Below are positions 28,798 to 32,000 of a stretch of 32,000 nucleotides of DNA, piece by piece. The notes beneath the pieces are model-generated. The model did not search any database. It was not told the DNA's origin and saw only the letters and a program-made list of their open reading frames with translations. Source of the DNA: Acinetobacter wanghuae (GTDB lineage Bacteria > Pseudomonadota > Gammaproteobacteria > Pseudomonadales > Moraxellaceae). Made by a program: the position numbers and the translations under genes. Position 1 is the first letter of the stretch. Every line of letters begins with the position of its first letter. Where the stretch lies: positions 2,310,001 through 2,342,000 of the forward strand of contig NZ_CP045650.1 in assembly GCF_009557235.1 (NCBI RefSeq), read 5' to 3'.

Positions 28798-31230
28798 ATG
28801 ATGAAAAATTGGGTCGATCCTGAAGCAAAAGCCGAAGCCGAACGTTATGACAACCCTATTCCAAGCCGCACACTTCTTCTTGAAATCATCGAAAAAAATA
28901 AATCACAGTCTCATGCGGACTTGGTAGAAGCGTTTGAAATTGCTGATCAAAAAAGTATAGATGCGTTAAGCCATCGTCTGATTGCGATGGTACGTGATGG
29001 TCAGCTCATGAAAGACGGTTATAAGTTCCAAATTGCGGCTGAGCAACCTGAACATGAAGCAACGGTCTATATCAATGCAAAAGGTATGGGCACGGCAAAT
29101 ATTTCAGGTCAGGACGACTTATTGTTACCCGAACGCGAACTGCGCCAAGTGTTTAATGGTGACCGCGTTAAAGTGCGTCAAACCTCTGTCGACCGTAAAG
29201 GTAAAGCGTGGGGCTTTATTACAGAGATTGTGCAGCACCGTGTAAAAGAGATTATTGGTAAAGTCGCAGAGCATGAAGGCGAATACTTTATTCAGCCGGG
29301 CAATCCGAATGCTCACCAACCGATTACATTAGAAAAAGAACTGATCGAACACGCGAAAGTAAACGTAGGTGATTCTGTTCGAATTGCGATTGATGACTAT
29401 CCGACCAAAGAAGATTTGGCAACAGGTCACATTGTGCAATCGATGGCAGACAAAGCAGATACCGAAATCATTATCCCACAAACGATTTTAGAATTTGGCT
29501 TGCCTTACGAATTCCCAAATGAAGTCGTCAAAGAAGCGGAAAGCTTTAAAGAGCCAAGTGAAAAAGATCGTGAAGGTCGTATCGACTTACGTGATTTAGC
29601 ATTAGTCACGATTGATGGTGAAGATGCACGTGACTTCGATGATGCCGTGTTTGCAGAAAAACGTCCGGGCGGTGGGTATCGTGTTGTGGTTGCCATTGCT
29701 GACGTCAGTCATTATGTGCGTATTGGTAAACCACTTGATGACGAAGCGCAACAACGCGGTACATCGGTGTATTTCCCGCATTACGTACTACCGATGTTGC
29801 CTGAAGCACTATCTAATGGATTGTGTTCTTTAAATCCAAACGTTGATCGTTTATGTATGGTTTGTGACTTAAAACTTTCACGTGCAGGTCGTGTGACAGG
29901 TTATGAGTTCTACCCGTCTGTGATGCATTCGAAAGCCCGTTTGACTTACGATCAAGTCGCTCAATACTTAGACGGCGATAGCAGTGCGATTACTGAAGAT
30001 CGTGATGTACGTAAATCAATCAACACCCTATTCCAATTGTATCAAGTACTGAAAGGCTTACGTGCTGAACGTCATGCCATGGAATTTGAAACCGTTGAAA
30101 CGTACATGACCTTTGATGAATTGGGTGGGATTAATCAAATTCTGCCTCGCTCACGAAATGATGCGCATAAACTGATTGAAGAATGCATGTTGCTTGCCAA
30201 TGTTGCAGCTGCAGAATATGCCATGAAAAACGAAGTGCCGATGCTCTACCGTGTGCATGAGCCACCTGAGTTTTCACGCATTCAGAAAGTTCGCGACTTT
30301 GTGAAATTGTTAGGGCTTAAATTCCCTGAACAGCCGACCCAAGCGGATTATCAAGCCGTGATCGAAGCAACCAAAGATCGTGTTGATGCACCAAGTATTC
30401 ACTCTGTTCTGTTACGCTCAATGATGCAAGCCTATTATGGCGCGAAAAATGCCGGACATTTCGGCTTGGCTTATGATGCATATACGCATTTCACTTCGCC
30501 AATTCGTCGCTATCCAGATTTACTGTTGCATCGCGCCATTAAAGCACAGCTTGCAAATAAACCGTCTCCACTCTCTGGTGCAGCACTTGATGATGCTGGT
30601 GAGCATTTCTCTGCCACTGAACGTCGTGCCGATGAAGCCTCTCGCTCAGTAACCACTTGGCTAAAATGCCATTATATGCAGCAGCATTTGGGTGAAGAGT
30701 TTATTGGTACAATCAGTGCCACTGCCGAATTCGGTTTATTTGTGACGCTTAAAGACTTATATGTCGATGGCATGATTCATGTGAGCCAATTGGGCGATGA
30801 CTTCTTTGTGTTTGATCAAGCAAGTCAAAACTTGGTCGGTCAAAACCGTGGTCAAAGCTTTGGTTTAGGCGATGAAGTGAAAATTAAAGTCGCAGGCGTG
30901 AACCTTGCTGAGCGCAAAATTGACTTTGAATTGGTTCAGCAATTAACGCATGCCGGTCGTACCATTCGTGAACGTGCACCACGCGTAAAAAGCAAAACTG
31001 CACCACGCGCTGAAGCAAAAGAAGATGTCTTTCAAGACCGTCCCCGGCAATCCCCCAGTGATCAAGGAGACCAGCCCAGACGCAAAAAAGACAAATCTGG
31101 CGCTTACAGCAAAAAGCCTAGTAAAAAATCTGCAGCAAAACCTGAAACAAAGGTTAAAGATAAAGTAAAGAAAAAGTCGAAGCTGAAGAAGAAAAAATCG
31201 AACAGTAAACCAAAGACTGAACGAATTTAA
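28798..31230 (+). CDS. rnr: ribonuclease R (3'-5' exoribonuclease, RNB family)
   Basis: 810 aa. RNB catalytic blocks TIDGEDARDFDDAV, YFPHYVLPMLPEALSNGLCSLNP and HFGLAYDAYTHFTSPIRRYPDLLLHR. C-terminal S1 domain and a lysine-rich tail. Confidence 0.95.
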   Translation: MMKNWVDPEAKAEAERYDNPIPSRTLLLEIIEKNKSQSHADLVEAFEIADQKSIDALSHRLIAMVRDGQLMKDGYKFQIAAEQPEHEATVYINAKGMGTANISGQDDLLLPERELRQVFNGDRVKVRQTSVDRKGKAWGFITEIVQHRVKEIIGKVAEHEGEYFIQPGNPNAHQPITLEKELIEHAKVNVGDSVRIAIDDYPTKEDLATGHIVQSMADKADTEIIIPQTILEFGLPYEFPNEVVKEAESFKEPSEKDREGRIDLRDLALVTIDGEDARDFDDAVFAEKRPGGGYRVVVAIADVSHYVRIGKPLDDEAQQRGTSVYFPHYVLPMLPEALSNGLCSLNPNVDRLCMVCDLKLSRAGRVTGYEFYPSVMHSKARLTYDQVAQYLDGDSSAITEDRDVRKSINTLFQLYQVLKGLRAERHAMEFETVETYMTFDELGGINQILPRSRNDAHKLIEECMLLANVAAAEYAMKNEVPMLYRVHEPPEFSRIQKVRDFVKLLGLKFPEQPTQADYQAVIEATKDRVDAPSIHSVLLRSMMQAYYGAKNAGHFGLAYDAYTHFTSPIRRYPDLLLHRAIKAQLANKPSPLSGAALDDAGEHFSATERRADEASRSVTTWLKCHYMQQHLGEEFIGTISATAEFGLFVTLKDLYVDGMIHVSQLGDDFFVFDQASQNLVGQNRGQSFGLGDEVKIKVAGVNLAERKIDFELVQQLTHAGRTIRERAPRVKSKTAPRAEAKEDVFQDRPRQSPSDQGDQPRRKKDKSGAYSKKPSKKSAAKPETKVKDKVKKKSKLKKKKSNSKPKTERI

Positions 31231-31240
31231 GCTTGTGATT

Positions 31241-31269
31241 AAAAAAGAGCGCTACGGCGCTCTTTTTTA
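31241..31269 (+). terminator. intrinsic terminator after rnr
   Basis: AAAAAA-GAGCGC-TACG-GCGCTC-TTTTTT. Confidence 0.8.
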
Positions 31270-31305
31270 TTTGTTTTATCTTTATAAAAATAAAGAACTT
31301 CAATC

Positions 31306-31410
31306 ATGGCAATTCATTCAATTTCTAAATATGACTATCGTGGTTATGTCATTTTCATTTTTCTTATTTTCATTATCAGTGCTTTATTCTTCTATATCTC
31401 ATTTGAATAG
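31306..31410 (+). CDS. candidate small hydrophobic protein, 34 aa (MAIHSISKYDYRGYVIFIFLIFIISALFFYISFE)
   Basis: Hand-translated ATG..TAG ORF, below the length cut-off of the supplied ORF track. It has a polar N-terminus followed by one roughly 20-residue hydrophobic helix. The Shine-Dalgarno is only weak (AAAGAA). Confidence 0.2.
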   Translation: MAIHSISKYDYRGYVIFIFLIFIISALFFYISFE

Positions 31411-31504
31411 CGATAAGCATAATAAATAAAGTCCAACTCTTGATTTATCCCTCACTTACCCTTATCTCTAGAACTAATACAGGAAATCCATTCGGCAGAC
31501 CGAC

Positions 31505-32000
31505 ATGACTTTAGAAAAGGCAACTTTGCCTGTTCCACAATTTGATCAAATTACCCTTGCAGATTTAAAAGAAAATATTCAAAACACGATTCAACAAGGT
31601 CAACAATTTTTAAATGATTTGTCTGAAACACCAGACAGTGTCATTGAGCAACTTAAAACATTAGAGCAAATTGACACGCTTGAAAATAATATGAGCGAAG
31701 CATGGGGTGTATTGTCACACTTAAATGCAGTTATGAATAACGCTGAAACACGTGAAGTCTATCAAGCGCTATTACCAAGCTTAAGTGAGTACTATACCCA
31801 ACTTGGTCAACATACAGTGCTTTATCAAACTTATCAGCATGTGCATGATGCAGCTGTATTTACCGATTTACCCGAAGCACAGCAAAGTGCAATCAAACTT
31901 ACTTTACGTGACTTTAAACTATCAGGTGTGGCTTTAGAAGGCGCAGCCAAAAAACGTTATGCGGAAATTTCTGCGCGTTTATCTCAGCTTTCATCAGATT
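31505..32000 (+). CDS. prlC: oligopeptidase A, N-terminal part (3' end lies outside the window)
   Basis: Open frame from the ATG at 31505 to the window end, absent from the ORF track because no stop is reached. Blocks WGVLSHLNAVMNNAETREVYQALLPSLSEYYTQLGQH and LRDFKLSGVALEGAAKKRYAEISARLSQLSS are collinear with E. coli PrlC (FSPVSHLNSVKNSPELREAYEQTLPLLSEY..., LRDFELSGIGLPKEKQQRYGEIATRLSEL). Confidence 0.85.
   Translation, partial: MTLEKATLPVPQFDQITLADLKENIQNTIQQGQQFLNDLSETPDSVIEQLKTLEQIDTLENNMSEAWGVLSHLNAVMNNAETREVYQALLPSLSEYYTQLGQHTVLYQTYQHVHDAAVFTDLPEAQQSAIKLTLRDFKLSGVALEGAAKKRYAEISARLSQLSSD

Noticed and set aside
31235-31429. 64-aa ORF directly after rnr
   Set aside because: It starts with a non-ATG codon inside the rnr terminator hairpin and reads through it. 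The hand-found 34-aa ORF in another frame (31306-31410) is the more plausible, though still weak, coding candidate in this spacer.

Overview
This window reads as core chromosome of an Acinetobacter-like gammaproteobacterium (Moraxellaceae). The genus call rests on 16S signature stretches and protein content. I did not compute GC, which looks to be around 40% by eye.

Main contents:
- A complete minus-strand rrn operon, 16S - tRNA-Ile(GAT) - tRNA-Ala(TGC) - 23S - 5S (about 913..6348). It has a near-consensus promoter, a possible second promoter, a 16S processing stem and an intrinsic terminator.
- A minus-strand tRNA cluster, tRNA-Ser(GCT) plus three identical tRNA-Arg(ACG) (27859..28533).
- Housekeeping genes: pssA, rlmJ, mdh, slt, miaB-ybeZ-ybeY, xpt, wrbA, a yihY-family gene, a ycgM-like FAH gene, rnr, and the 5' end of prlC.
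- Most gene ends carry clear hairpin plus T-tract terminators.

I found no CRISPR array, transposase, integrase, phage gene or recognisable multi-gene defence or secretion island. I therefore cannot support a claim of a new multi-gene system here.

The observations most worth a second look are single genes or gene pairs:
- An EGLN/PHD-type prolyl-hydroxylase homologue with an intact active site, followed by an uncharacterised helical protein.
- An RNase I/T2-family homologue next to slt in which all three catalytic positions appear substituted.
- A protein whose two CxxC zinc-ribbon knuckles are split by a roughly 70-residue glycine-zipper segment.
- Tandem DUF2789-like paralogues.
- A 369-aa domain-less ORF apparently co-transcribed with pssA.
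- An unannotated 34-codon hydrophobic ORF between rnr and prlC.

All family assignments come from reading the translations and recalling motifs. None has been checked against a database.
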